A stretch of 64,000 nucleotides of DNA from Squalus acanthias (Eukaryota): contig CM059432.1 in assembly GCA_030390025.1 (NCBI GenBank), positions 43,650,001-43,714,000 on the forward strand. The letters run 5' to 3'. The translations under genes were made by a program, and so were the position numbers. Under the pieces are notes generated by a model. That model searched no databases, had not been told where the DNA came from, and saw only the letters and a program-made list of their open reading frames with translations. This document shows, in pieces, positions 24,697 through 37,275 of the stretch. The first letter of the stretch is position 1. Every line of letters starts with the position of its first letter.

Positions 24697-26590
24697 TTAC
24701 TCACCCTTCCTCAATGATTTCCCTCCCCTTTGCAATTCCCCCCTCCTAACTCTACTGCTCCTCCGTAATGTGGCCCCAGTGGCTGCAGCAAGGCTGGAGG
24801 AAGGCTGCTGAATCTGGGAGCCAGAGACTGAAGATGGCCTTGCAGGACGCCCTTGACCAGCTCTGGGCCTGGAGGGCCCGGCTGCAGACTGCACCAACTC
24901 TGCATGGGCGGCAGCCGTCTGGGCTGGCTGGGTTACAGGCTGCAGCAAGTGCAATGGTGGAGTGGCAGTGGTGGGAGCAGGAATGCTGTCATCCTGAGAG
25001 AGGACAGCACCTTCCTGCTCGACCGACACACTGCCACTCCCCCGGGGCAGAACCACAGCATCCAGAGCAATCTGCTCGAGCACAGATTGCTGGCCTGCTG
25101 CGGCACCGTGAGATCCCTGGTAGACTGTGGACGACCCTGAGATGATGGCAGCAGCCAGCGCTTGCATGGCATCAATCTGAGACTGCATGAGAGCAGTCTG
25201 AGATTGGATGCCACCAACCTCTGACTCCATTACAGCACTAAGCCATTGCGTTGTTTCAGCCTATGCTGCAATAGCTGCGGCCACCTCACCCATGACACGC
25301 GGCATGAGGTTTGGGTCCCCACGGTCTCTCTGCGAGTCAACCATCCTTCGCAAACGGCCAAGGATGGGCTCGAGGGTTTGCGCAGAAATGAGTGCAATGC
25401 TGGAGGCGGACTCCTCCATGCTCCTAGCCAGTGCATCCTTGCCATTCCACCCGTGAGCTCAGTGTGCATGCTCATCCCTTGTGTGTTCATCACCTCAACA
25501 TCGAGGTCCTCATCCGAGTCCTGTGCAGCAGAACTCGTGCGTGAACTCACCCTCCGGGGAGATGGCCCCCGAGCTTCCCTTTCCCCGTGGCGTTGCTGCA
25601 GCCCGCTGGGTCCCGGAGCTTCACCCACATCAGACCCATTTCCTCTGCTCCCCTCCAGCGACTGCGTGGACCCATAATCAGACCTCTCGCCCTCAGGAGA
25701 CACAGGCAGTGAGGCTCTGTCTTGTTGTTCCTCCTTCTCTCCCGCGTCGCTGCCACTGGGAGGCTGAGCGACAGGCTGGTCAGATGGTGGCTGATTATCT
25801 GAAAGCATGAAGGCACAAGAGTGGGGTTAAAGTCAGGGGAAGGGGGACAGGAAGGGAGCAAGGAATGGAGACAATATACTTTGATGGAAAGTGGGAAGGG
25901 CTTGTGGTGTGAGGGGGAAGTGGTATGACAGAAGAGGGAGAGGTGATGAACATACCGTTGTTGTCCCCAAGGGGGTCGATGTCTGCGACTGCCACAGTGC
26001 TCACGACCTGGACCGCAATGATGCTGCGCACTCGCTCCTCTAGGTCTGTAAAGGGGTGCAGCTCCGCCTGACCTCCTCCTGTGCGTTGCTGCTTCCTCCT
26101 GTTATGAGCAAGCTTGGCCTGCAAGTAAAAGGACAGCGTGTGAGTGAGTGTACAGCCATGTGTTTGGCAGATGTGCCTACCATAGTTGAATAGCTGTTAA
26201 TTTATGCAAGGCGTGAGATGTGGATGTCACTTTTAGTAGGTGGGCATAGTTGGTGGGTGAGTGTTGGGGATTTGACAGTTTATACAGTGTGTGCACAGAG
26301 TGAGGTTGAGATGGTGGCATGTAGAGGTTTTTGAGGCATGTACTCACCCTGACCACCCGAGTGAGGTTATTGAACTTCTTGAGGCACTGGATGGGAACCC
26401 TGTGGACCACTCTTCTGGCCAAGACGTACTGGGAGACCTCCCTCCACAACCTCCTGAAGTCCTGCGGCAGTGGACTCCTGCCAGTGTCCGGGAAGAGCAC
26501 TGCCCGTCGGATTTCCACGGCCATGACCAGAGCCTCCAAAGCCTGGGCGCTGAACCGGCGAGCTCTCTCCCTGGGCCTCTGATCAGCCAT
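24697..26590 (-). pseudogene. Harbinger Myb/SANT-like protein gene, three exons
   Basis: Exon 1 26590-26348 (RARRFSAQALEALV...WREVSQ...QCLKKFNNLTR, donor GTGAGT); exon 2 26118-25956 (AKLAHNRRKQQRTGGG, donor GTATG); exon 3 from 25798, in frame with ORF 25230..25808, frameshifted later. Confidence 0.85.
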
Positions 26591-28154
26591 GAGATTTGTC
26601 AAGGATGGTTTGCAGCTCCTTGCAGGCCCAGGTCACAATCAGCAATGATCAGAGTGAGGCTGTGCAGCATGATTGAACCACCCCTTTAAGAACTGGAAGG
26701 CGCCAGTCTGTCTGAGTACTTGTAATTGACAGCGTCGGAACTTGAGTAGCGCTCTGCGGTAGCGCCCCGCTCCCCGACATTCGCGCTCTAAGAGGAGTGT
26801 GTAGCGCTTGATTTAACGCTCCACTTCTCTCTTGGGACATTAGCGCCGGGCGCTAAAGTTAGCGCTCAGGCGATGTTAGCGCCCCCAAATGGTCGATACC
26901 GAATTTTTCCCCCATTGTCTTTGTCTTCAAGTACTCCTAGCATTTGAAAAGAATAAAATGGCCATTTTAATCCTGGCAGCTGGCTAGAACGGGGCAAGAG
27001 GGCGGCTGGTTAAAATGGCTGTAGAGGACTTACCGTTCTGTTCCCGTTGGATTTCCATCAGGTACCATTGATGATTATTGAGCACACCATAGGGCTGTTA
27101 AAGCTGACGTTCAGTTGTCTGGACAGGTCTGGGGATCCCACAAAGAGTCTCCTGAGTCGATTTTGCTAGGCCCGAGGAGGCGGGATTGGAGGCGTGTGAG
27201 GTGTTAAATCGCAAAAAATGGCAGGCGGGCCGATCCCGCTTCCGAGCAATTTTCCCAAATGCGTGTTTTCTGACCCCGTTTCCATCCCGCCTCCAAGAGG
27301 CGGGATCGGCCCTTAAGGCCCTTAACAACCAGTTAATTGCCTCTATAATCCCATTTTGAGAGGCCTTTCTGATTTTACCACTTTTCCCACATCCTGCACG
27401 TCTCCTCTGGAACACGCCAGTGAATCCTGGCGGCCTCACACCTGGACTGCTTACTAACAGCTGCAGCTCTACCATTAAAAAGGAGTTTTCAGCAATCATC
27501 ATTTGCAGGTGGCAGAACTTTGTTGTCTCAGGTCTGGGGGAACTTTTAGCAGGCATACCCATTGTTGTGGAAGTTTGGAGCCTGACACCCATCTCCAGTG
27601 TGACCTCCTGGGAAACCCCTCTCGCCACCTTGACTGAGCGCTTCCTCAACTAAGGCATATACCAGAAGCATGGGAACCATTTATTTCCTTTCCTCCTGGA
27701 CATCAGATTTGGACGAAGACCAGCCGTGGCAGCAGCAGAACCATGAACAACAGCACCACCAACAGCAGCAGTAACAACAGGAGCACCAAGCTGCTGCTCA
27801 CCCACCTGAAGCTGCACAGGCCAGAAGGTGCCAGCGCGTGACCACATTGCTGCCCGGGATGCAAGGGACGCACTCATCTTGGCCAGATTTGCTTAGCCTG
27901 CACAATCAAACACTTTTGCCTCGCACCTTCTTATCAGACCATCGACAATGGCCAAGAACCTGCGGATTCCTATCACTCTGACCACCATACTGATAGTTGC
28001 AAGTCGCCCTAAGCCCTCAATGTGGAAGTCCCATTAACGAAATGACACACACCAAAACTGCAACAGTTTGCCATCAGAATTTTTTATGGCAGTAAGCAAC
28101 TGATGGCTTTTCAAAATTAAACACAACATTACACCCAAGTGACTACCCTTGTGA

Positions 28155-30133
28155 CTACTTGTGCATTATCTTCCTCTTACGCATGCTCCTACGTGGTGCT
28201 TCCCCTGTGGCTTCAGTAGATGTGGAGGCCCCTTGCTCACTTTCTTGCTGCTCCTGTCTCAACACCTTTGGCGGGCATCCTCTGGGGTTGCGAACCTGTG
28301 AGGGCTCGGCAACAGTCTGCTGCTCCTGCGGCTGTGCAGGAGTTGAGACGCCAATCTCAGTTGGGTGGGGACTCTGGTGGGGCTCTGACCGAGGGCTCAG
28401 CAGTGGCATGGTCGTGTGAGCGCTTGGAGAGGAGCCCCCACTTCCTTGTTGTGTGCCACCAACATCCCTCTCATGGGTCAGCCCCACTTCAGAGCCAGCA
28501 AGTGGCTGGACAGCACCTTGCTGCACTGCAGGGGGGCCATGAAGACCCGTTTCTGCACTGGAAGTCCTACTCCAGAGGACTTGCATGAAAGTCTGGTTTG
28601 TTTGCTCAATAGCTGACCATCGCTCCTCAAGAGATGTCAGTCTATTCTGAACAATTACCATGTTTTCCATACCCTGGTGACTAAGCTCCTCCATGGACGT
28701 AGCCATCCTCTCCTCTACCGTAACCATCCTCTCCTCTACGGTAGCCAGCCTCACCATGGAGGTAGCCATCCTTTCCACGGAGGTTGCCATCCTTTTCGTG
28801 GTGATGCGTTCATGCGCCAACGCCTCCACAAAGGCTCTGCTCATGTTAGCGATGGACTCCTCCATTCGCTTCACACTCGCAGCGACCCTGGAGACAAAAC
28901 CTGCCAGAGACTCCTGCACCTGTTCCTGGAGTTCCAGCACCGCTCTCCTTCTGGATGGACCCGGAGGCACAGGGTCGACATGCAGCAGAGCCGAGCTGGG
29001 AGCGTCCTCTCCACTGCGACGAGGACTCTCCACTGCTGTCCCTGTCTCCACCATCTGCTGATGCTCACTTGTGAGCTGTGGTACACCAGGTGACAACTCT
29101 ACTCTATGTTCCGAAGGTCCCACCGAGGTGTGAGTGTCTGCGCTGGTGCAGGGTGCGCTTTATACTGCTAACGGAGCACCCTCAGATGTTGCAGCTTCCT
29201 CTGAGGAGTCTGGAAGCTCAGGCTCTTTCTCCTGGACAGTGGGGACAGGGGCTCTCGATGGTCCTGTGGGGGAGCAAAGGAAAGAGTTAGAGCTGTGAGG
29301 TAAAGGTTGCATGCACATTGAATTGTGCAGATGATCATAAGTCAATCTGTTAGAGCATCAGAATCATTATCAGTCACTCATGCAATGTCAATGAGAGAGA
29401 TGCCAAACTATTCTGTCACCAGCTTGCTGTGATGCGCCCGCCTGTCTGTCCCATACTTGGGAATCCTCCTCGATCAATTTCCAGGGCCGCCTCCTCCGAG
29501 GTGGTGAGCTGGGCTACTGAGGGTGGCCCTCCTCCTGTCCTCGCTCTTTCCCTCTTATTGTGGGCTCTCTTTTCCTGCAATGAGGGATAGAAGTGGAGTT
29601 TGAGTGAGAATGAAGGAGTGAGTGTAGAGAATCCATAGCATAGATGCTTAGAAGGAGACAAAGGGCCATCCCTGTGTGTTGTAAGTTGTTGTCATTGCGT
29701 CACAGTGATAGGGAGTGTGAGGGCTGCATGGTCAAATAGTTAAGTGAATGTGACCATAGAGAGAGAGGGAATGGGTAAGGGTGCAGGGATGTCAGTGTCA
29801 AGTGGGATGTGGAGGAAGAGGTTGGCAAAGCAGAGTGCTGGTGAGGAGAGGCGATGGGGATGAGATTGAGGGTGATGAGAAAGTCATACTCACTTTTCCT
29901 GTGCGGAGAAGGTCACGAAACCTCTTCCTGCACTGCAGCCAGGTTCTGCGGCACATAGAGATGGCATTGACCTCCTGGGCCGCTTGCAGCCACACAGCTT
30001 TAGTCTGTTGTGGTGGCTGTTTTCTCCCTGAGGAAGGGAAGAGCACCTCCTTATTAGATCTTGCTCCCTGCAGCAGAGCTTGGAGGGAGGGCTCATCAAA
30101 GCGAGGTGCACACTTTTGCTTGCTGGTGGACAT
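28155..30133 (-). pseudogene. Myb/SANT plus coiled-coil gene, three exons, few lesions
   Basis: Exon 1 30133-29894 (240 nt; APRFDEPSLQALL...RRTWLQCRKRFRDL); exon 2 29574-29420 (EKRAHNKRERARTGGG); exon 3 29263-28155, with one TAA at 29160 then a 322-aa open frame ending in a basic NLS-like RRSMRKRK. Exon 2 phase is off by one. Confidence 0.85.
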
Positions 30134-30228
30134 GGTCGGTAAATGAAGTCCTTCATACAATGTCCAAAGCGTTTCCAGTCTCCAGAAGAAGCAAGGCTGC
30201 TTGCAGGCCTTAAATCCAGCAGCACTGA

Positions 30229-30236
30229 TGACGTCA
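30229..30236. promoter_or_regulatory. CRE palindrome TGACGTCA upstream of the Myb gene (also at 4009-4016 and 10549-10556)
   Basis: Perfect TGACGTCA ~100-120 bp upstream of the Myb start in three elements, with a TTAAA/TTTAA motif in between. Confidence 0.45.
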
Positions 30237-30412
30237 TCGGAGGCGACTTTCAAGATGGAAAGACTAATTGGGCCAGGGGTTCCCACACGCTGGAAATCAA
30301 GTGCCCAATTAGGGGAAAATCGCACTTTTTTCCCACTTCACATCGGAGTCGGGGTACTGGCACGAAAACCACCTGACACGCCCCCAGCCTGCCCCAATGG
30401 CAAAGTCCAGCC

Positions 30413-30465
30413 TATAGTGTTGCGCTGCATCCTGCACAACCTCACCATGCAGAGAATTCTGCATT
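30413..30465 (+). pseudogene. Transposase C-terminal remnant of an older Harbinger
   Basis: Translates IVLRCILHNLTMQR, compare IVVCCMLHNLAILR at ~24170. Confidence 0.55.
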
Positions 30466-30989
30466 TGGAAAAGCTAGCGGTCCAAAAAATATTGGAAGGG
30501 CTGGTACAAAAGTAGCTCCATGAAGGGAGTAAAAGTCAAGCCCCAGGCCTCTGAGAGAGGGTAGATTTCTGGGGACAACACTTAATGCACTTGAACAATT
30601 TTATGGATAAGTAGAATTTTTTGTGAATTGTTTAACTTTACATGAGTATTATGTTCTAAACTATATTATGTGAAGGTCTGTAGTCAATTAGCTAAGGAAA
30701 TGAACATATTATGATTATTTGTCCCCAGAAATTCCATTATTTCTAAATTATGGAAGCCACCCTGTTGGAGACGTATTTGAGTATTGCTGAAACTTTATTA
30801 ACCACACTTCTTAACCTGGGATTTTACTGTTTTTAGGAGTAATAAGAAGTGCATGTTAATGCCTGTACAGCAGGCCATCTAATGGAGTGGCAGGATCACT
30901 AATAAGGGCAAGCATCTGTTAACAACACTAAGCGGCTATTTAAACCCCTGCAATTGTGCAGGAGAGACCAGAGCAGCTGTTTACTGTGT

Positions 30990-32050
30990 ATTGGAGGCTG
31001 CAAGGTACTGAAAATGCAGATTTGATGACCAGGTGCTGGAAGTTCTTCTTCAGGGAGTGCGGGAAAAGAGGGAAACAATTTATGGCAGCTGTGGGCATCA
31101 TCACCCCTCCCATCCTGAGGCACCTGGTGCAACAGGCATGGAAGACAACAGAAGAAAGGGTCAGTGCTATTCCTGAACGCAAAGGAACTATAAGGATAGA
31201 ATCATAGAATCAAAGACATTTTCGGCACAGCAGGAGATCATTTGACCCATTGTGTCCGTGCCGGCCGAAAAAGAGCGATCCAGCCTAATCCCACTTTCCA
31301 GCTCTTGGTCCGTAGCCCTGTAGGTTACAGCACTTCAAGTGCATATCCAAGTACTTTTTAAATGCGATGTGGGTTTCTGCCTCTACCACCCTTTCAGGTA
31401 GTAAGTGCCAGATCCTCACCAGCCGCTGGGTGAAAAAGGTTCTCCTCAATGGATGTAAAGAAAATGTGAGATCTGAAGAAATCTGCTATGGTGAGCCAAA
31501 AGTACCACTGGACATGGCAACCACCCGATACAAGTAGCTATGCAAGAATGTCTGCCCTGAAAATATTTTAATCCTTCTGCTGAACCACACTAAGCAGTGA
31601 CAAAAGGGAGAGCCAGGGCAATAAATAATTACCATGAATGAAAACACTTCGGTATGGGAAAGATACAAGCCTGGATATTCCTGGGGCCCTGCTCCGCCAG
31701 TGTAACTGTGGCAGAGTGAAACCTCCACCTGCCCTCACCCAAGGTGAGTCACAGTCCACAGGCAAGGAGGAGGAGCACGGCATAGTGGGGATCCAATGCA
31801 GTTCAAGCCCGTGACCCCAATCAAGGAGGCCACCCTTGACATAATTGGACAGGCTATCTTTGAGAAAGTGGAGAACAGTGAAGCTGGAGGCTTTCCTTGA
31901 GCTCATAGCTAGTACCATAATATTCAAGTCATGTAACATTGTCCTACTGAGTGACTGTCACACAGAACATGAGAAATATCAGAGTGCTGAAAATGGTACT
32001 TAAAGGTAGTTAATTGTGGCAGCATTTTGTTCTCTTCTGTTTTCTCAGGA
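30990..32050. mobile_element. Old degraded Harbinger (Myb remnant on +, transposase remnant on -)
   Basis: 31010-31180 reads RFDDQVLEVLLQGVREKR...QQAWKTTEERVSAI and resumes after a CR1 fragment; CYMLHDL-like motif near 31935 on the minus strand. Confidence 0.5.
31192..31449 (-). mobile_element. CR1 3' fragment
   Basis: CATAGAAT-type tail; similar to 11500-11740. Confidence 0.85.
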
Positions 32051-33929
32051 ATGAAGGAACAGAATAAAAGCACAGCCAGTGTCCCTGACAAAGCCTGCAC
32101 CTCACAGCATCCTGCATCACAATCACAACACCTTCCGATCATCAGCACAGCTACATACAATCCATAGGATGTAGTTAATGAGGCTGAGGAGGAAGCACGG
32201 AGTGAGTCATAGTGCACAGGTAAGGGAGAGTGTGTGTGTGTTGTCTATTAGAATATGGCAGATGCCTGCTGCTATCATGCATTATTAATTATACTGTTCT
32301 ATATATTGTTTTACACATCTTATTTTAAAATTTACTTCATTGATGCAACCATTGCAGAAACAAAGCTTGGTTTATATACTTTTTCCCACTTTGAATCTTG
32401 AATTTATCCTTGGTTCATAACATTTGCTTTGAAGCATACAGGGTACACAAGTTGCGTCTGAACTTTATTTGCACACTGGGGGAAATTTTTAGAGAAGGTG
32501 CTACCAGTGTGGAATCTCGCTTGATGGGAGCGTGGGTTGGAGAATCCAGCGTGGAGCTTTGCGCTGATCCACAGTGCTCCTGATTTTCTAGTCTTCGGAA
32601 GAAACTTAATCGAAACACCACAAAGTTTTGCAGGAATTATTGTACTAATAGTTGCACGCGATTTTAGCTCCTCACCCCTCCTTTGTTTAGCTAACGCCAT
32701 TTATAAATGAATCCACAGTTGAGGCCTCCTTTTAGCACAAAGTGTACAAATTGCCCTCCCACTTATAGCAGCTTGGTGGCTCTTCACTGCTTGGTAACCA
32801 GAGCACTCCTCCTCTTGCTCTCAATTTTATGAGAGAATTATTGATTATCACTTCCTTATTCATCTGATTGAACCAAAAAATTATCTTAAAGGCTTGGAAA
32901 TATTAATGACAGTTTCTTACTCCCACTATGTGTTTCTGGTCTTCATAAAGTTATTAATTGGGCAAGCTATCCTTTGTGCCTGTTTCTCCAATCTGTGCTC
33001 TCATCGAGCGAGACTGCAGGCTGGGAGCAAAGTCTTTGAAGATTTACCTTTCTTACTCTGTAAGAAGCAAGGGAGTATGTACCTAAATATTTCAAATGGC
33101 TCTACATTTTGGTTTCATCCTCACAAACATTAAAAAAAAATTAGATTAACAGTATGTGAGCTGATTGATATTAATCAAAATATGGAAAATAGAAAAATGA
33201 ACATAGAATGAACACAATGCAATAAATAAATTCCCCAACAAGGGATGAGTAGCATTTACAGTTTATTTGTTATGGTGCTGTTACATTTATAATTCACATG
33301 GGGGGCTTTCAATTAATTACTACAACATGTAGACATTTACAGGCACATTTTATATTTATAGGGCTATGAAACATTCTTATTATGCTTCAAAGCATGCTTT
33401 CTGTTGTTAATACTTGCATTGATATGTCTTGGGTCTTTTGGCATCTCATCTGTAATATTTTCTTTTCTTCAAACATCCACATATCTGCTTTCAATATGTA
33501 AACATTAACTAATGTATTCTAGACCGCCACTTCAGTCTACAATTCCTGTACATATTGCCAACTAAGCAATACTCACACAATAGCTGGCAAACATGGCCGT
33601 TAGCCATCGTGCCATTGCTTTAGTTAATGACACAGAATGAAACCCAAACGCAGTCCAGTGTGTTCATGTTTGTAAGAGGAGTGGCCTAGAATTCCCTTAA
33701 CATGAGTTACACCACTCTGGCCCCTTTTTAAAAAAAAATGCCCCCACCCATGTGCTGCAGAGACATGTAGATTTCCTGGGTCTGCTCATTCGCATTCCCA
33801 TTAGTGTAAAACCTGTGTAAAGCAGTTTCAAGCAGCTGAAATACCTAGAGATTTCTGTGCAGCCTTTAAAAAGGCAGTTCTGCTTGTACTCTTCAGCAGC
33901 AGACAGGTAAGAGAGCAATAGTATTTGGC

Positions 33930-35620
33930 CCTTTCAATTCACTCTGAAATAACTCCATTGGATGTCTTAACAATATTTTTACTATACTGGTACAGAGTTA
34001 TGACTATGCAGGAGGCACAAACTCATGGGTGTGGATGCCAGAAATCCATTCAAAACTGCCCCCTGGAGGGAGATGGCACTGCGTGTATTGAACAGAGGTG
34101 ACAGAACAGTGTCGCAAAAAAGTTTAACAACCTGACCAGGGCTGGCAAGGTCAATCTCTTCTTTTCTTCCTTACCCAATCTGGCCACCAGGACAATCTTC
34201 ATCCTCTTAAAGCAATACTTGAACAACCAACCCTTCACACAGCTCTCTAGCTAAGGGCAGCACTAACATGTCATCTTGGACTAGGGCTACCCAGCCTCCC
34301 TCACAGAAATTACTTACATGCACAACCCTAAACCCCATTTCTCTACTTTAACAGACTCACACCCCTACATGTCTTTCCCATGCCAATTGGCACACAATCC
34401 TCAACTGCTAACCTTACCCTCATTCACTCGACCTTCTGGCAGGACAAATCCATACAGAATACCTGCCAAAAGCAGGCTATCGGAAGGTGCATGCCCATCT
34501 TTGAACCTATCAGCCCATCAAGGGCAAAGCCATATAGCTCATGAGCACTCACTCGGCTCTTGCCGTGGGACATGTCGATGTTAGTGGCACCTTGCCAGCA
34601 CCAGGTTAGTAACTGACCAGCTACACTGTTGCCCTGGTATCCCTCTGAAGCATCACAAAGACACAACCTCCCTCCCCCTTTCATTGTCTCCTTCATCCCG
34701 AGGGGGTAATACTCATGATGATGATGAGGAATGAGGACCAGCCATCCACCAATTGCAGCTGTTTCATTTGCCCCATCTTCTTCTACCGCAACCCCCTTCA
34801 ACTTACCACCTGTGGTATTTGCCTCCACTCTCCCAAGCACCAGCTCGGAGACTTTTACAGGAGGTATTAGAAAGTGGTAGTGAGGTTGCTGCTCCGCGGG
34901 CCTCACAGAGCTTGAGGGAACCATAGGAGTGGGGAGTGGGTAACTATGCACCCGATTCGCTGCGGAGGCGGAGGCTTCCGAGGTTTTAGAGTCATAGGAC
35001 CCAGAACTGCTGGGTATTCACCTGAAAAAAAGGATGTTTGAGGATCATTTTACCTTCGTCCAGGCTCTGAGATAAATCTCCAAGGAAGTGCAATGACTGA
35101 CTGGCGTAACTCTGAATTTGACAGCTGTCCACTTGCGGCAACATCACAGAAGCTTTGTCCTCCTTGCAGGCACCAATGGGAGCAAATAGCAGCTTCGTTA
35201 GAACCTGCAGCAGATCCCTAACAAAGAGAAGACTTCAGTGGTGACATGCGCTGTGATTCCTCTTGCAATAAAGTTTTGCCTGAGTCGTCTTTGCTCCATC
35301 CTGTGGTGCTCCTCTTCCTCCCTGATGACATACAAAGTTTTTCCCCTAGTGAATGGCATACCTGCTCCTGAGAAGCCTTCGCTGTGGGTAGGGAGTGTGG
35401 AGTAGGGAGGAGGGGATCTGAAAATCTGTTGGTGGTCTGACCCTGTGAGAAGCAAGTCCAAGTGTGTAGATAGAATGGCACAGAAACGCTTTAAAAAGCA
35501 TTTCCAAGCTGCAGAAATCTGTATTCAAAATCTCCAGACTCTTCTGTGTCAGGAGCTCCTCACTTTTGCCTTGATCAAGTGACCCTGGCATCTGCTGTGC
35601 CTCGTAAATCTCAGCTTCAG
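33930..35620. mobile_element. Old degraded Harbinger remnant
   Basis: KKFNNLTRAGKV at ~34116-34152 (+) is the Myb exon 1 end; acidic transposase-like tail EEEEHHRMEQRRLRQNFIARG at ~35260-35325 (-). Confidence 0.45.
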
Positions 35621-36883
35621 TTATCCAGAGTGCATTGGCAGTGCAGACCCAGGAAACTTGCAGCTGTTACACCACTGCCTCTCACTCTGACATACGCAAA
35701 TTAGGCTGTTACACTAAAATGTGAATTGTTTGGGTCAGGTAAATACTAAACAATACCACTCCTAAAAAAATAATTTAAGATAATCATTGTAAAGGCTGCA
35801 ATCAAAATGTCTCCGCACCATTGTGTCTCCAGCAAGTAAATCGGTGCCATTGCTTAAATAGGAAGAATCAGATTTGTGCTTTTTAAATCAATCCCACAGT
35901 TTCCATTACATCTCAATATACAGATTTCTAGGGAATTGTTGACACATTAGGGGGGTTTATGGACAAGCAAATAACAACCAGGAATAGCCTCCTTTAAAAA
36001 TCAGCTGAAACTCTGCCATATTGGCCACCAGGGTGAGCTTGCTCGGCAGCAGATGCTGTGTCAGCTGCAGCATAAACTTTTGCAAATGTGTTTGTGTTTT
36101 CTTTTCCTCAGCTTTGAGTTGCAGTTTAAAATGTGTAGGAACAGATACAACACCATTGAACTTCGACTGTATCATTGCAGACATTTCTTTACACAAGCCT
36201 GGTAAGGTCCCCTGCAAAAACACTTCGCCAGAACACAATGGTTCTTTTTAGCCTATTGTTTGATAGCAATTTATCTGATGCACCCACAGAATTTTTTTAA
36301 AGATTATTTTAGAACCTAAAGCAGACGCATAGGTTTGTGATTTTTGGAAAGTTTTTTTCTACTTTTGGCTCTGGGCTTTGGTTACTATGAGGGGTACTGG
36401 TAAAAATGTGACCAGTTTGGCTGCTGCTGAAGATTTAGTCACAGCTTCAGTTTAGACACAGCTGGTCAGCAGATGTGCCTTGTCTGGGCACTAATAGTTC
36501 TCAACGAGCATCTGTCTATATGATGCTGTATATTACAGAACTGCAATTGATTTGGAATGTAGTGGATGTTAAAAGAACCTAGTTCACAGACTTAGCCACT
36601 ATAGAGTCTGGACATTCTGTTGGCACAGACTGATAGGATCAGGGGTCCAAGATGCCATTGTAGAGTTCCTTTTGGTCCCACTTTGAGAAGCTTGGCATGG
36701 GGCCAGGCGATGCACCCAGAGAAGAGGTTCTAGAATGCCTCACGGATCCAAGCAATTACTGGCACTTAAAATCAGGCAATTGGAATTTCATAATCCCACT
36801 GGAATTGTATAATTGACATGTAAAAGCCCCTGTTTGTGCTGTGCTTGTGCTTCTCACTGACAGTATCACCTTTTCTGTTACAT

Positions 36884-37275
36884 TCTCCTTAGAGCTGAGA
36901 AGGTTAAGGGGAGATTTGATAGAGGTGTTCAAAATCATGGAAGAGTTTTGATAGAGTAAATAAGGAGAAACTGTTTCCAGTGGCGGAAGGGTTGGTAATC
37001 AGAGGACACAGATTTAAGGTAATTGGCAAAAGAACCAGGAGACGACATGGGGAGAAATTTGTTTACGCAGTGAGTTGTTATGATCTGGAATGCAATGCCT
37101 GAAAGGGTGGTGCAAAAAAATTCAATAAAACTTTAAAAAGGGAATTGTATAAATACTTGAAGGGGAAAACTTGCAGGGCTATGGGGAAAGGGCAGGGGAG
37201 TGGAACTAATTAGATAGCTCTTTCAAAGAGCTGGTACAGGCACAGTGGGCCGAAAGGCCGCCTTCTGTACTGTAT
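36884..37275 (+). mobile_element. CR1 3' fragment (tail resumes at 38032-38045)
   Basis: SLELRRLRGDLIEVFKIM coding remnant; CR1 3' UTR. Confidence 0.85.

Larger units (their letters stand above)
22745..26913. mobile_element. Full-length PIF/Harbinger transposon (formerly autonomous)
   Basis: TIR GGGCTAGAAATTCG / CGAATTTTTCCCCC (11/14); TSD ATT at 22742-22744 and 26914-26916; GC-rich subterminal TAGCGC repeats; convergent transposase (+) and Myb (-) genes. Confidence 0.92.
27154..30412. mobile_element. Harbinger element with transposase core deleted and Myb/SANT gene retained
   Basis: Right TIR GCAAAGTCCAGCC followed by TAT; left TIR degenerate (GAGTCGATTTTGC) and TSD not matched. Transposase C-terminal remnant HIAARDARDALILARFA* at ~27843-27896. 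Confidence 0.75.

Noticed and set aside
23224..26590. Domesticated host genes HARBI1 / NAIF1 / MSANTD
   Set aside because: Bounded by TIRs and a TSD, carry stops and frameshifts, and are multicopy within the window; these are transposon copies.
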